Shown here piece by piece: positions 27,845 through 38,871 of a DNA stretch of 64,000 bases. The DNA comes from Clostridia bacterium. Its GTDB lineage: Bacteria > Bacillota > Clostridia > TANB77 > CAG-508. The stretch is from NCBI GenBank assembly GCA_022798335.1, contig JAAWMH010000017.1:10407-74406 (forward strand), in the 5' to 3' direction. The stretch's first letter is position 1, and each line of letters starts with the position of its first letter. The position numbers and the translations under genes are program-made. The notes under the pieces were generated by a model, which saw only the letters and a list, made by a program, of their open reading frames with translations, had not been told where the DNA came from and did no database searches.

Positions 27845-29086
27845 CTAACTTTTCTTTCTTCTTAAAATCCAGCCTTCTTCTACTTTTATTGGTAAATGCA
27901 TTAGTACCGTTTGTCCTTGTTTTCCTGGATTTACAGTGTTAATTTTCTCTTTGGTTTCTGAATCCCATAAATTTTCTATGCTAAAACTTTTTGTTTCTAT
28001 TTGACCTGGAATTAAAATTTCCATGGTATCTCCAACAGTTATCTTATTTCTAATTTCTATTAAGTATTTTTCTTGTTCTTGTTTTAACACTCTTCCACCA
28101 AATTCATAATCTGGGTTATATTGCTTTCCATCATATTCTTGAAAGTCTTTATTATTTCTATCATTAAAGTAAAAAGTAGTTAATCCTCTTGTCTTTGTTT
28201 TTTCTAATTCTTTTAAATACTTTGTATAATCATACTCTTTTGGATTTTCTATATAACTATCAATTGCATTTCTATAAGCATTTACAACAGATGCTAGATA
28301 GTACTGAGTTTTAAGTCTTCCTTCTATTTTTAAACTATCTACTCCCATTTCTATAATTTCTGGTATTTCTTTAATTAAGCACAAATCTTTTGATGAAAAG
28401 ATATACGTTCCATGGTCGTCATGTTCTACTGGCATTAAGTTTCCTGGCTTGTTATTTTCTTCTACATATACATTATATGCCCATCTGCAACTTTGTGCAC
28501 AATCTCCTAAATTAGCACTTCTATTTGCTAAAAAGTCGCTTAAAAAGCATCTACCAGAATAGCCAAAGCAAATTGCTCCATGAATAAACATTTCTACTTC
28601 TAAGTTTTTATCTTTATTTTTTATAATTTCTTTAATTTGTTCTTTATTTAGTTCTCTTCCTAATATAACTCTAGAAGCTCCATTTTTATGCCAAAAGTTA
28701 GAAGTATGATAGCTAACAACATTAGCTTGTGTACTTACATGTATTTCTATATCTGGTGCATATTCTTTTAATATCTCCATTACACCACCATCAGATGCAA
28801 TAATCGCATCTACTTTTAGCTCATTTAACATTTTAGCTTGTTTTTTAATTTCTTCATAATAAGTATCCCAAGCATAAATATTAATAGCTGCATATACTTT
28901 TTTGCCAATCTTATGTGCATATTGTATTGTTCTTGCTAAGTCATTATCATCTACCTCTGCTCTACTTCTTAAAGAAAGCGATCCTGTTCCACAATATACT
29001 GCATCTGCTCCATAAAGATAAGCTGTTTTTGCTTTTTCAAAAGAACCTGCTGGTGCTAATAGTTCTGGTTTTTTCTTTGCTTCCAT
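27845..29086 (-). CDS. peptidase U32 family protein (TrhP-like, tRNA uridine-34 hydroxylation family)
   Basis: PELLAPAGS..A...GADAVY.G and E.F.HGA.C...SGRC motifs of the U32 family. Start placed at MEAKKKPELLAP behind GGAGA. Confidence 0.8.
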   Translation of the reverse strand: MEAKKKPELLAPAGSFEKAKTAYLYGADAVYCGTGSLSLRSRAEVDDNDLARTIQYAHKIGKKVYAAINIYAWDTYYEEIKKQAKMLNELKVDAIIASDGGVMEILKEYAPDIEIHVSTQANVVSYHTSNFWHKNGASRVILGRELNKEQIKEIIKNKDKNLEVEMFIHGAICFGYSGRCFLSDFLANRSANLGDCAQSCRWAYNVYVEENNKPGNLMPVEHDDHGTYIFSSKDLCLIKEIPEIIEMGVDSLKIEGRLKTQYYLASVVNAYRNAIDSYIENPKEYDYTKYLKELEKTKTRGLTTFYFNDRNNKDFQEYDGKQYNPDYEFGGRVLKQEQEKYLIEIRNKITVGDTMEILIPGQIETKSFSIENLWDSETKEKINTVNPGKQGQTVLMHLPIKVEEGWILRRKKS

Positions 29087-29358
29087 TTCTATTTCTCCAT
29101 TTCTTAATTCTGAATTTTGCAATTCCTTCTATTTATCGTTTTTCAAATCTTTTTTCTTTAATTATTATACACTATGTTTCCCTTTCTGTCGAGTTTCTTA
29201 TTTAAGTTTTATAATATTCTAACGAGTCTACATATTATTTTTATATATGCATAATTATTTTAGTACTACTTAAGTTTAAACAATTCTAATATGTTATTGG
29301 ACATTTTAGCTAAAACTTGATATAATATTTATGTAAATATTAAAGGGGTTATAAAATT

Positions 29359-29931
29359 ATGAATACAGGTTTAGAATTAATGGTAATTGACAAGCCAAAG
29401 AAAAAAGTAAAATTAAATAGAATACAAGTTTTCATTTTATATTTCTTCTTATTTGCTTTTCTAGGTTGGCTTATGGAAACTCTATATGCTATTTATAACT
29501 TAGGTCATTTTACGAAAAGAGGTTTTTTGTATGGTCCTATATGTCCTATTTATGGTTTTGGTGCTTTAATGTTAATTGTTTTTTTAGGAAAATACAGAAA
29601 AAATAATTTAAAACTTTTTATTTATGCAGCTATTTTATTTTCTGCTTTTGAATATGTTGTTAGCTATAGCTTAGATGCTCTATTTTCTATGCATTGGTGG
29701 GATTATACTAACGAATTTTTTAATTTGAATGGTCGTATTAGTATTTTCTATTCTTTTGCTTGGGGAATTATTGCTATTATTTTTATTAATCATATTTACC
29801 CTTTTGTAAAAAAGAAAATAAATTTAATACTATCTAAAATTCCATATGCTATTCAAGCTAGCATTTTGTACTTATTTTGTAGTATTTGGATGGTAGATAC
29901 TATTTTTTCTTTTATTCGTTATTTAAATTAA
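29359..29931 (+). CDS. putative ABC-transporter type IV / DUF1113 family membrane protein
   Basis: 190 aa, polytopic, with LETLY...G.....GFLYGP.CPIYGFG and WWDY motifs. Confidence 0.6.
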   Translation: MNTGLELMVIDKPKKKVKLNRIQVFILYFFLFAFLGWLMETLYAIYNLGHFTKRGFLYGPICPIYGFGALMLIVFLGKYRKNNLKLFIYAAILFSAFEYVVSYSLDALFSMHWWDYTNEFFNLNGRISIFYSFAWGIIAIIFINHIYPFVKKKINLILSKIPYAIQASILYLFCSIWMVDTIFSFIRYLN

Positions 29932-29937
29932 AAAAGT

Positions 29938-29973
29938 AACGTATTTGGTAATTGTTCCAAATACGTTTTTTAT
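29938..29973 (+). terminator. rho-independent terminator
   Basis: 11-bp stem aacgtatttgg/ccaaatacgtt followed by TTTTT. Confidence 0.7.
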
Positions 29974-29979
29974 TTCAAT

Positions 29980-30582
29980 TTACACTTTTGATAAATTTTT
30001 TACTTTAGAAATAGCTAATCCATCTCCTACTTCTAAAATTTCAGTTTCTAAATTTGGATTTTGTGTAATTTTTGCAATATATTCTCTTAAATTTCTAACT
30101 GCTGTACGTTGCTTATGTTTATTATAGTCACTCATTACATATCCTTTATATAGCACATTATCTGCAATAATTACACCATCTACTTTGATCATTCTCATTG
30201 CTTCATTTAAGAAAAATGGATATTTTCCTTTTGCAGCATCTATAAACACAACATCATAACTTTCCTTTAATGTTGGTAAAATTTCTACCGCATCTCCTTC
30301 ATAAATATTAATTTTTTCTTCAACTTGTACTTTTTTTATATTTTGCTTTGCTTGTACTATTCTATCAATTTCTCTTTCAATGGTGTCTATTTTTCCTCCT
30401 TCTTGTAAATACTCTGAAAAGCAAATTGCAGAATAACCTACTGCTGTTCCTATTTCTAGTATTCTTTGAGGCTCTTTTTCTTTTAAAATATTAGAAACTA
30501 CTTCTAATGTATCATCCATAATAATAGGAATATGATCTTCTAAAGCTTTTTCTTTTATTTTTAACAGTTCTATTTTATTCAC
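29980..30582 (-). CDS. class I SAM-dependent O-methyltransferase (YrrM/TrmR-like)
   Basis: ILEIGTAVGYS SAM-binding motif and VFIDAAK. About 200 aa, as in the caffeoyl-CoA OMT-like family. Lies 1.5 kb from a U32 gene. Confidence 0.75.
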   Translation of the reverse strand: MNKIELLKIKEKALEDHIPIIMDDTLEVVSNILKEKEPQRILEIGTAVGYSAICFSEYLQEGGKIDTIEREIDRIVQAKQNIKKVQVEEKINIYEGDAVEILPTLKESYDVVFIDAAKGKYPFFLNEAMRMIKVDGVIIADNVLYKGYVMSDYNKHKQRTAVRNLREYIAKITQNPNLETEILEVGDGLAISKVKNLSKV

Positions 30583-30637
30583 ATTGTAATCCTTTCAATA
30601 TATTTATAGGGAGATTTTGTAAATCTCCCTTTCTTTT

Positions 30638-32461
30638 TTATTCTGATACAGTTCTTCTTGCCATTCTTTCTCTTGTTTTATTATCTAATATTTTCTTTCT
30701 TAAACGAATATTTTTTGGTGTTACTTCTACTAATTCATCTTCTGCTATAAATTCGATTGCTTTTTCTAACGACATTTGAATTGGTGGTACTAAACGTAGT
30801 GCATCATCTGACCCAGATGCTCTTGTATTGGTTAAATGCTTTTCTTTACATACATTAATTGAAATATCTTCATTTCTAGAGTTCACTCCAACAATCATTC
30901 CTTCATATACTTCTACACCAGCGCCAATTAGTAGTTCTCCTCTTTCTTGTGCATTATATAAACCATAAGTAATTGAAGTTCCTTGTTCAAAAGCTACAAG
31001 CACTCCTCTTGTTCTTGATTGTATTTCACCTTTATATGGCTCATAGCAATCAAATATGCTATTCATGGTACCTTCCCCTTTAGTATCTGTTAAAAACTCT
31101 GTACGATAGCCAATTAAACCTCTTGCTGGTATTCTAAATTCTACCTTTGTATGTCCAGCTTCAGCTGGTTCCATATTAAGCATTTCTGCTTTTCTTCTTC
31201 CTAATTTTTCAATGACACTACCAATACTATCGTCTGGTACATTTACCACTAGCCTTTCAATTGGCTCTGATTTTACGCCATCTATTTCTTTAATAATAAC
31301 TTTTGGACGAGATACTAAAAGCTCAAAACCTTCTCTTCTCATTGTTTCAATTAAAATAGATAAATGTAATTCTCCACGTCCACATACTTCAAAGCTATCT
31401 GGAGTGTCTGTTTCTTTCACACGTAAACTTACATTTCTTTCTAGTTCTTTAAATAATCTATCTCTAATATGTCTTGAAGTTACAAACTGTCCTTCTTTAC
31501 CTGCAAATGGTCCATTATTAACACTAAATGTCATAGATACTGTTGGTTCGTCAATATCAACAAAATCTATTTTTTCTGGATTGTTTATATCACAAATGGT
31601 TTCTCCAATATTGATATCTGGAATACCTGAAACACATACAATGTCTCCTGCTGATACTGTTTCTATTTCTGTTCTTTTTAGTCCCTGATAGGTAAATAAT
31701 TTTGCAATTTTTCCTTGGGCTACTTTGTCATCTTTTTTACAAATAGCAACTCCTGTATTAGCACTTATTGTTCCACGTTCTACTCTGCCTATTGCAATTC
31801 TTCCTAAATACTCATCATAATCTATATTAGATACTAATAATTGCATAGAACCTTCCATATCACATTCAGGAGCTTTAATTGTTTTTATAATAGTATCAAA
31901 TATACAAGTAACATTATCAGATTCTTCTACTAAATTCATTTTAGCAATTCCATTTTTAGCTGATGCATAAATAACAGGAAAGTCTAGCTGTTCATCATTT
32001 GCATTTAATTCTATAAATAATTCTAATACTTGATCTACTACTTTTAGTGGATTTGCTCCTGGTCTATCTATTTTGTTAATAACTACAATTGGTTTTAAAT
32101 TTAGTGCTAATGATTTTTTAAGTACTTCTCTTGTTTGTGGCATTGGACCTTCGAAGGCATCTACTAATAAAAGTACACCATCTACCATTTTTAAAACACG
32201 TTCTACTTCTCCTCCAAAGTCTGCGTGACCTGGTGTATCTACAATATTTATTTTAATTCCATCATACATAACAGAGGTATTTTTAGAAAGAATAGTAATT
32301 CCTCTTTCTTTTTCAATATCTCCTGAATCCATAACTCTTTCTGATACTTGCTCATTTTCTCTAAATACATGGCTTTGTCTTAAAAGTGCATCTACTAGTG
32401 TTGTTTTTCCATGATCTACGTGTGCAATAATTGCTATATTTCTTATTTTTTCATTGTTCAT
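30638..32461 (-). CDS. typA: translational GTPase TypA/BipA
   Basis: AHVDHGKTT, DTPGH and NKID G-motifs, 607 aa, conserved C-terminal domain. Confidence 0.95.
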   Translation of the reverse strand: MNNEKIRNIAIIAHVDHGKTTLVDALLRQSHVFRENEQVSERVMDSGDIEKERGITILSKNTSVMYDGIKINIVDTPGHADFGGEVERVLKMVDGVLLLVDAFEGPMPQTREVLKKSLALNLKPIVVINKIDRPGANPLKVVDQVLELFIELNANDEQLDFPVIYASAKNGIAKMNLVEESDNVTCIFDTIIKTIKAPECDMEGSMQLLVSNIDYDEYLGRIAIGRVERGTISANTGVAICKKDDKVAQGKIAKLFTYQGLKRTEIETVSAGDIVCVSGIPDINIGETICDINNPEKIDFVDIDEPTVSMTFSVNNGPFAGKEGQFVTSRHIRDRLFKELERNVSLRVKETDTPDSFEVCGRGELHLSILIETMRREGFELLVSRPKVIIKEIDGVKSEPIERLVVNVPDDSIGSVIEKLGRRKAEMLNMEPAEAGHTKVEFRIPARGLIGYRTEFLTDTKGEGTMNSIFDCYEPYKGEIQSRTRGVLVAFEQGTSITYGLYNAQERGELLIGAGVEVYEGMIVGVNSRNEDISINVCKEKHLTNTRASGSDDALRLVPPIQMSLEKAIEFIAEDELVEVTPKNIRLRKKILDNKTRERMARRTVSE

Positions 32462-32579
32462 TATTTTTACCCCTTTTATATAACATATTTATAAGCATTA
32501 AACTATCTTTTATTTAAGATAATTAAATGCTTATTTCTATTCATAACTTTTTATTTATAAGTAACGTTACTATTATATG

Positions 32580-33230
32580 CTAAATTTCTTCTTTTGTCAA
32601 CATAATAATATTGTCCATAATCTCTTTACTTACTTTATCTAAAAGTTCTTTTTCTGGTTTATTTGTTTGATACTTACTAAAATCTAATGGCTTACCATAA
32701 TTTAGTTTTACCTTATGAAAAGGCTTCATTTTCCCTTGTATTCCTACTGGAATAACTGGCACTCCAGTTCTTAATGCCATAAAAGCTGCCCCATTTTGCG
32801 CCTTTCCATTCTTTTCCATACCATTTCTAGTCCCTTCTGGAAATAGCATTAATATTTCTCCCTCTTTTAATACCTTTAGCGAAAACTTCATAGATTCCAT
32901 ATCCATTTTTCCTCTTTTTACAGGAAATACACAACATTCTTTGGCTATCCATTTAATAAAATTATTTTTAAATAATTCTGCTTTTGCCATAACATAAAGC
33001 TTTCTTTTAGTTGATGCTACTAAAATAGGCGGATCCCAATTAGACATATGATTTGCACACATAATATAAGCCCCTTTTTTAGCAACATTTTCTTCTCCTA
33101 CTTTTTTTACTCTAAATACAATTACACAAAATAAATGTAATAAAGCGTGTACTATTCTTCTAACCATTTGTTTTTTCCTTTCTTTTTCTTCTATTTTAAA
33201 GCTTTTATTTTTGTCTTTGCCTTTTGACAT
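32580..33230 (-). CDS. plsC: 1-acyl-sn-glycerol-3-phosphate acyltransferase
   Basis: NHMSNWD (HX4D) and FPEGTR motifs. The true start may be MVRRIV at 33167, which would remove the overlap with the upstream gene. Confidence 0.85.
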   Translation of the reverse strand: MSKGKDKNKSFKIEEKERKKQMVRRIVHALLHLFCVIVFRVKKVGEENVAKKGAYIMCANHMSNWDPPILVASTKRKLYVMAKAELFKNNFIKWIAKECCVFPVKRGKMDMESMKFSLKVLKEGEILMLFPEGTRNGMEKNGKAQNGAAFMALRTGVPVIPVGIQGKMKPFHKVKLNYGKPLDFSKYQTNKPEKELLDKVSKEIMDNIIMLTKEEI

Positions 33231-34594
33231 ATTAACTGTAATACGTCTTTATTAGTATAAATACAATATAAAGCTATTCCCATAGCTGTTGCGATTTGAA
33301 GCCATATATTTTTTGTATAATAAGAAACCATGACCCATGCAAACATAATAAGTTTTAATGCATAGTCTCCTTCTTTTAGTTTTACTATTTTGCTTAATTT
33401 ATGTTTTCTTAATAGATATACTACTGCAGCCGAAATTAAAGTTGAAAAAGCTGCTGCCCATATTCCAATAAATTTTATAAGAATAATATCTACTACTAAA
33501 TTGATAATTGCTGAAATAATAGTTGTTTTACCCATTATTTTAGTATCTTTATAAGCTGAAAATATTCCACCATAAAACCCTGAAATATTGTTAAAATACA
33601 TGGCAAGTAATAGTACTGGTATGTATAAATATGCTTCTGTAAATTCATTTTTGATTAAAATTGGAAATACAAATGGCATAAAGGCAATTATTCCTAATAC
33701 TAAGGCATATAGAAATTGCTTTAATATTGTATAAATTTTATTATAAAATATAATAGAATCTGTATCGTTTACTGCCTTTGCTGCTGATTCTTTCCAGGCT
33801 GTATAAAAAAAGTTGTATACTGTATCCATTACATTAGGAAACTTATAAGACATAGAATACACTCCATTTGCAGAAGTCCCTAATACATTTGAAATAACAA
33901 TTCTGTCAGATAAATTTATAATAGCCCAAGAAATGCTATTTGGTACTAATGGAATAGAATACCTAACCATTTCTTGCATTTGTTTTTTATTGCAACTTTT
34001 AAATGAAATATACTTAAATAAGTGAACCTTTATAAAAATAACTATTGAAACTAAAGTATTTGCAATAATAGCTGAATATAAAAGTCCATAATACCCATAT
34101 TTAAACCATACAATAAATACAATATTTAATAAAATAACTAATATGCTTGTAATAAAATTGCTAATAGAATATAGTTTTATTTTTCCCATTCCACGTACTA
34201 CTGCATTTCTTAAACCTACTAATAGATTTGTTAGTAAGTAAATAAGAAATATTGTAGTGTTTTGAATATGAAATAACTTTCCTATTATTAAAATAATGAT
34301 ACTAAAAACAATAGAACTTGCTAGTGTATAACACACTGTTTGAGATATTACTTGCTTTTTTTCTATTTCACTTTTAGCATCTATTAAAAATCGAAACATA
34401 GACTCTTCCATAAGTAATGTGATAAATGGTAATAAAAAAGTAGTTATGGTAATAATTAAGTCATATATTCCATATTCCTCTGTAGACAAAATAGAGGTAT
34501 AAATTGGAAGTAACAAAATAGTAATTAGCTGTGTACTAAACTTTCCTATTGCTATAATAATAGTATTAAATATTAAATCTTTTCCTCTGTTCAT
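33191..34594 (-). CDS. oligosaccharide flippase (Wzx / polysaccharide biosynthesis protein family)
   Basis: 467 aa with about 12-14 TM helices. N-terminal N.....G.....L...LLP.YT..L...EYG pattern. Confidence 0.8.
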   Translation of the reverse strand: MNRGKDLIFNTIIIAIGKFSTQLITILLLPIYTSILSTEEYGIYDLIITITTFLLPFITLLMEESMFRFLIDAKSEIEKKQVISQTVCYTLASSIVFSIIILIIGKLFHIQNTTIFLIYLLTNLLVGLRNAVVRGMGKIKLYSISNFITSILVILLNIVFIVWFKYGYYGLLYSAIIANTLVSIVIFIKVHLFKYISFKSCNKKQMQEMVRYSIPLVPNSISWAIINLSDRIVISNVLGTSANGVYSMSYKFPNVMDTVYNFFYTAWKESAAKAVNDTDSIIFYNKIYTILKQFLYALVLGIIAFMPFVFPILIKNEFTEAYLYIPVLLLAMYFNNISGFYGGIFSAYKDTKIMGKTTIISAIINLVVDIILIKFIGIWAAAFSTLISAAVVYLLRKHKLSKIVKLKEGDYALKLIMFAWVMVSYYTKNIWLQIATAMGIALYCIYTNKDVLQLICQKAKTKIKALK

Positions 34595-35745
34595 TTTTTA
34601 TTTCCTTTTATTTTTCTATATATGCGCATAATAAAATCATTTGCTTTTATTCTTTGTTTTAAAGTACGCGATTTTAAATATGCTTTTTCAAATCCTTCTT
34701 TTAGATAATATTTCATAAATTTATCATAGTTTTTAGGCACTTTAGATGGTATTCTTAACTGAGTATTTCCATTTACTGCTTCTTCTACGCTTCTTTCTTC
34801 TAGCTCTACTTCATCTTTGCATGCTTCTATAAGTTCTATTCCTTTTTGTGTAATTGGAAGTAGCACTGATACCCCTTTACTTTTATTTTTATAAAGTTTC
34901 GAATCTTCTTTTAATCCCCAAAAATCTCCAATTGTTATATCTGAAACTCTTTTAGGTTGTGCATAAATGCATTCATAACAATTTTTTCTATAAAATAGTG
35001 CATCCATAAATCCTTTATAGTAATAACTTTTTTCCATTGGTTTTGATACTTTTAGTTTACAGTTATTATATAAATTAAACGTAAAATTGCCAGTTTTGCC
35101 ATCTCTAAAGGTTACTTTGTCTATACCTTCTTCTCCATATAGTTTTATTTCATCTCTTAAGTATTTTTGTGATGGTACACCATGGCATATTAAATCTATA
35201 GTTATCAATCTTTCAAAATCCTTTTTTAGAAAGTTTTTTAAGCCAGCTACCTGGCAAGGTGTTCCTATAAATAAAACTTGCAAATTGTTTTCTAAGTCTT
35301 CTTTTATTTTTCTAAAAGTATCTTTAACATAACAATGTACATACTTAGAGCCTTTTAGCTTATCTAGTTCTTCTTGGTTATCTATTCTTATAAAAGAAAA
35401 GCTTCCATCTTCTATGTTATTTGCTCCATAAACTACTCCACCACTTCTTAAAATATGTAAATAAAAAGTAGTTGCTGCTCCTCCTGAAGTACTATTACTT
35501 CTTATTCTTTCTTCCTTATGGCACATAGCATATGCTGTTATTGGCTTTTTAAACTCTACTTTTGTATTTTGTGGACATGTTTTTTGACATAATTTACAAT
35601 CAATACACTTTTCTTCATCGATATGTGGATAAATGTACCCATATTCATCTTCTCTCATTTCAATACATTGTTTTGGGCATATATTACTACATGCAAAACA
35701 GCCTGTACATTTTTCTTTCTTACAAATTTCGGTCAATTTTTTCAC
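34591..35745 (-). CDS. FrhB-like (coenzyme F420 hydrogenase/dehydrogenase beta subunit family) 4Fe-4S protein
   Basis: Two CxxCxxCxxxCP ferredoxin motifs at the N-terminus. Commonly paired with polysaccharide pyruvyl transferases. Confidence 0.7.
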   Translation of the reverse strand: MKKLTEICKKEKCTGCFACSNICPKQCIEMREDEYGYIYPHIDEEKCIDCKLCQKTCPQNTKVEFKKPITAYAMCHKEERIRSNSTSGGAATTFYLHILRSGGVVYGANNIEDGSFSFIRIDNQEELDKLKGSKYVHCYVKDTFRKIKEDLENNLQVLFIGTPCQVAGLKNFLKKDFERLITIDLICHGVPSQKYLRDEIKLYGEEGIDKVTFRDGKTGNFTFNLYNNCKLKVSKPMEKSYYYKGFMDALFYRKNCYECIYAQPKRVSDITIGDFWGLKEDSKLYKNKSKGVSVLLPITQKGIELIEACKDEVELEERSVEEAVNGNTQLRIPSKVPKNYDKFMKYYLKEGFEKAYLKSRTLKQRIKANDFIMRIYRKIKGNKK

Positions 35746-35757
35746 CTTCTTTTCTTC

Positions 35758-36868
35758 TTATGTTATATCTAACGCTTCCTTTAAAAATTTTATGCTTTTT
35801 ATCTTCTCAATTTGTATTGCTTCATTTGCTTCTTTAAAATCTATTTGATATACATTTTTTAATTTTTCTTCTATGTCGTCTTGATGAATACTTCTATTTT
35901 CTAAATGCATAGTACGTAATAAAGTACTTCTTCTATAGTCTTTATCTCCATTGATAGATAAAAATGGCTTATTAAAAATAATAGAAAAAATAGTAGCATG
36001 AAAAGAAGTTGTTAACACTAATTTAGCATGATAAATTAAATTTAAAAACTCTATTGGTCCGTACTTCGTATACTTGCTTAAAGCCTGAAAACAATTCGTA
36101 TCTTCCACCATATAATGTTGTAATTACTGGCAGTTTTAATTTTTTAGCTATTTTCTTTACTAATTTTATATCTTCTTTACTAGGTCCTAAAGAATAATAC
36201 AAAATGTATTCTCCATTTTGCACCTTTTCTTTTAGCAATATACTTTCCCATTCTTGTTTATCTAATAAAATAGTGGGGTCCATATTAATTTGTGCTTTTT
36301 TTCCTGTTAGCTCATAAATATTTTGATAACTTCCTTCTTCTCTTACTGATAAGGCTTTATACTGACTTATATACTTTTTTATCTTTTCTTTTTCTTCTTC
36401 TGTAAACTCAATTGCTTTAGGCCCAAAACTTGCTGCATACGAAATTTTTTGCCCCTTTGCAGTAAAACTTAAAAAGTAAGCCCAATCAAAATCATAAGCT
36501 CTTGTATTCCATAACTGGTCACTACCACTAATATAATAATCATAGTCTAAATTGTCATTTTTTATTTCTTCAAGTGAATTATATTCTTTTGTGATATTTA
36601 GCTTGTTATTTATAAAGTCTTCAAACTTTTTATTTTTAGCAAGATATTTTTCTTTATAATTTTTTATTATAAACTTTCTTACCACTTTTGATAAAAACCT
36701 ATTTTCTCTATTTATAGAATACATATATTTTTGCTTATTAGGTCTTAAATTTATAATTTCATATTTACAATTACAAATTTTTTTTACTACTTCTTGAAGT
36801 GCATATGCTTGCAAACTTGAACCATAGTTATATGATGAATGAAATGTTACTGTACCTATTTTTTTCAT
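35758..36868 (-). pseudogene. polysaccharide pyruvyl transferase, one frame disruption as assembled
   Basis: Pieces 36023..36868 and 35758..36111 overlap. One extra base in ggtggaag (about 36100) separates ..LPVITTLYG from EDTNCFQALSKYTKYGPIEFLNLIYHAKLVLTTSFHATIFSIIFNKPF. Confidence 0.75.
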
Positions 36869-37869
36869 TTGTTTCTCCCTTTAATGAAATTTTTTATGTC
36901 ATAATAGCTTTTAAATAGTTTTCTATTTACATATAAAATTCTATATTCCATTTTTAATATCATACTTTTTTTATCTTTCAAAATTTCCTTTTTTAACTTT
37001 TTATAATTTTCTTTATAAAAATGATATTCTTCTAAAAATTCTTTGCTATTATACACTGTATGTTCTCTTATCTGGCATAAGTTTCTATGATAAATATATA
37101 TATTTTCTATCCTATTTTTAATACATACTTGTTTAAGCTGTGGATATTTGTTACTAATGTAAGAATATCTTTCATTGGTAAATTCTCTTACATCTAGAAC
37201 AAGACCTAAATTAATATTTCCTAATATACTACTTGTTCTTTGAAGATAGTAATATTCTATTTTATGTGTTAATACAATTTTATTAGCTTTTTCAAATATA
37301 AGATACATTACTGCTAAGTCTTCCATTTTTCTTCCTACTGGAAACTGTATGTTAAAAAATAGTTCTCTTTTATACAATTTATTCCATACATAACTTCCTA
37401 TTTTTTCGCTAACTAATTGCTCTAAAGCTTGTTCTTTATTATATTGTAATATATCTGCTTTTTCTTGCTGCTTTTCTATAAATTGCTCATCTTCTTTCAC
37501 TTTTACAAAAGAACACACTGAAATATCAGCTTCTGTTTTTTGCATATTATGATATAAAATCTCAAACATATCTTTTTTTATATAATCATCACTATCTACA
37601 AAACCTATATATTTCCCACTAGCTAATTCTAAGCCTGTATTTCTTACTACAGATATCCCTTTATTTTCTTGATTAACTATTATAATTCTACTATCTTTTT
37701 TTGCAAATTCTTCACAAATTTCTTTACTTCTATCTGTAGAATTAGCATTTACTATTATAATTTCTATATTTTGATATGTTTGATGAATTAAGCTCTCTAA
37801 ACATTTTCTAACATATTTTTCAACATTATAAACTGGAACAATAATTGATATTTTTTCATTCATATACAT
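36865..37869 (-). CDS. family 2 glycosyltransferase
   Basis: ISIIVPVYNVEKY...C..S...QTY, with D.DD and DSDD motifs. Confidence 0.85.
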   Translation of the reverse strand: MYMNEKISIIVPVYNVEKYVRKCLESLIHQTYQNIEIIIVNANSTDRSKEICEEFAKKDSRIIIVNQENKGISVVRNTGLELASGKYIGFVDSDDYIKKDMFEILYHNMQKTEADISVCSFVKVKEDEQFIEKQQEKADILQYNKEQALEQLVSEKIGSYVWNKLYKRELFFNIQFPVGRKMEDLAVMYLIFEKANKIVLTHKIEYYYLQRTSSILGNINLGLVLDVREFTNERYSYISNKYPQLKQVCIKNRIENIYIYHRNLCQIREHTVYNSKEFLEEYHFYKENYKKLKKEILKDKKSMILKMEYRILYVNRKLFKSYYDIKNFIKGRNK

Positions 37870-37881
37870 TTCTCCATATTT

Positions 37882-38853
37882 TTATAGTCTTTGATATACT
37901 TTTTTCATTCCCCAAACAAATATTGACTTGTTGATGCAAAATATTGTATATAATATTTTCTCTTTTAATTTTAAATATTGAAAACTGATACTTTTAAGAT
38001 TTTTTTCTACTTCTATTTTTGTTTGTTCATACTCTTTATCTTGATATAACTTAGCATAAATTTTAGCCAAACTTCGAAAATATCTTCTTTCTGCTTCTAT
38101 TTTGTCCTCTTTACTTTTAGCTATTTGTTTATAAATTTGATATACTTCTATTTCAGTAGTATAAGTGTCTGCATATAATTTACTACTTTTTACATTCATA
38201 GTACTACCTTTTCTAATAACATATTTATACAAACACCTATCATAAAAAGCAATTGTATTAGCTTGCCTTAAAAGTTTATAAAAAATTGCAAAATCTTCTG
38301 CAAGCATTCCTACAGGGAACTTTACTCTTTGAGCAATTTCTTTTTTATATATTTTACTTACCGCTTCATATCTTATACTTGTTCTATATAAATTATCTAG
38401 CATCGTTTCTTCATAGGTCATCATCGTTACACTTTTAGTATTTTCGCTTCTATAAAATCCTTTATTTTCTACTATTTCTTCCGTATCTTCTTTCACATTT
38501 TTAAGATTAAAACATACAATCTCTGCATTTTTTTCTTTTATAATAGCTACTAATTCTTCACAAGCTGTTTTTTCTATATAATCATCACTATCTACATACA
38601 TAATATAATCACCTGTAGCTATTTTTAATCCTTGATTTCTTGCATCTGAAGGTCCACTATTTTCTTTATGTATTACCTTTATTCTTACATCTTTTTTAGC
38701 ATATTCATCGCAAATATTTCCACTATTATCTGGTGAACCATCATCTATTAAAATTAATTCTATATCTTTATATGTTTGATTAATAATACTTTCTATACAT
38801 TTTTTAATATATTTTTCTACTTTATATACTGGTACTATAATACTTATTTTCAT
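37882..38853 (-). CDS. family 2 glycosyltransferase
   Basis: ISIIVPVYKVEKYI..C..S...QTY.DIE.ILIDDGS.D and DSDD motifs. Confidence 0.85.
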   Translation of the reverse strand: MKISIIVPVYKVEKYIKKCIESIINQTYKDIELILIDDGSPDNSGNICDEYAKKDVRIKVIHKENSGPSDARNQGLKIATGDYIMYVDSDDYIEKTACEELVAIIKEKNAEIVCFNLKNVKEDTEEIVENKGFYRSENTKSVTMMTYEETMLDNLYRTSIRYEAVSKIYKKEIAQRVKFPVGMLAEDFAIFYKLLRQANTIAFYDRCLYKYVIRKGSTMNVKSSKLYADTYTTEIEVYQIYKQIAKSKEDKIEAERRYFRSLAKIYAKLYQDKEYEQTKIEVEKNLKSISFQYLKLKEKILYTIFCINKSIFVWGMKKVYQRL

Positions 38854-38871
38854 ATGTGTCCTCCATTTTAT

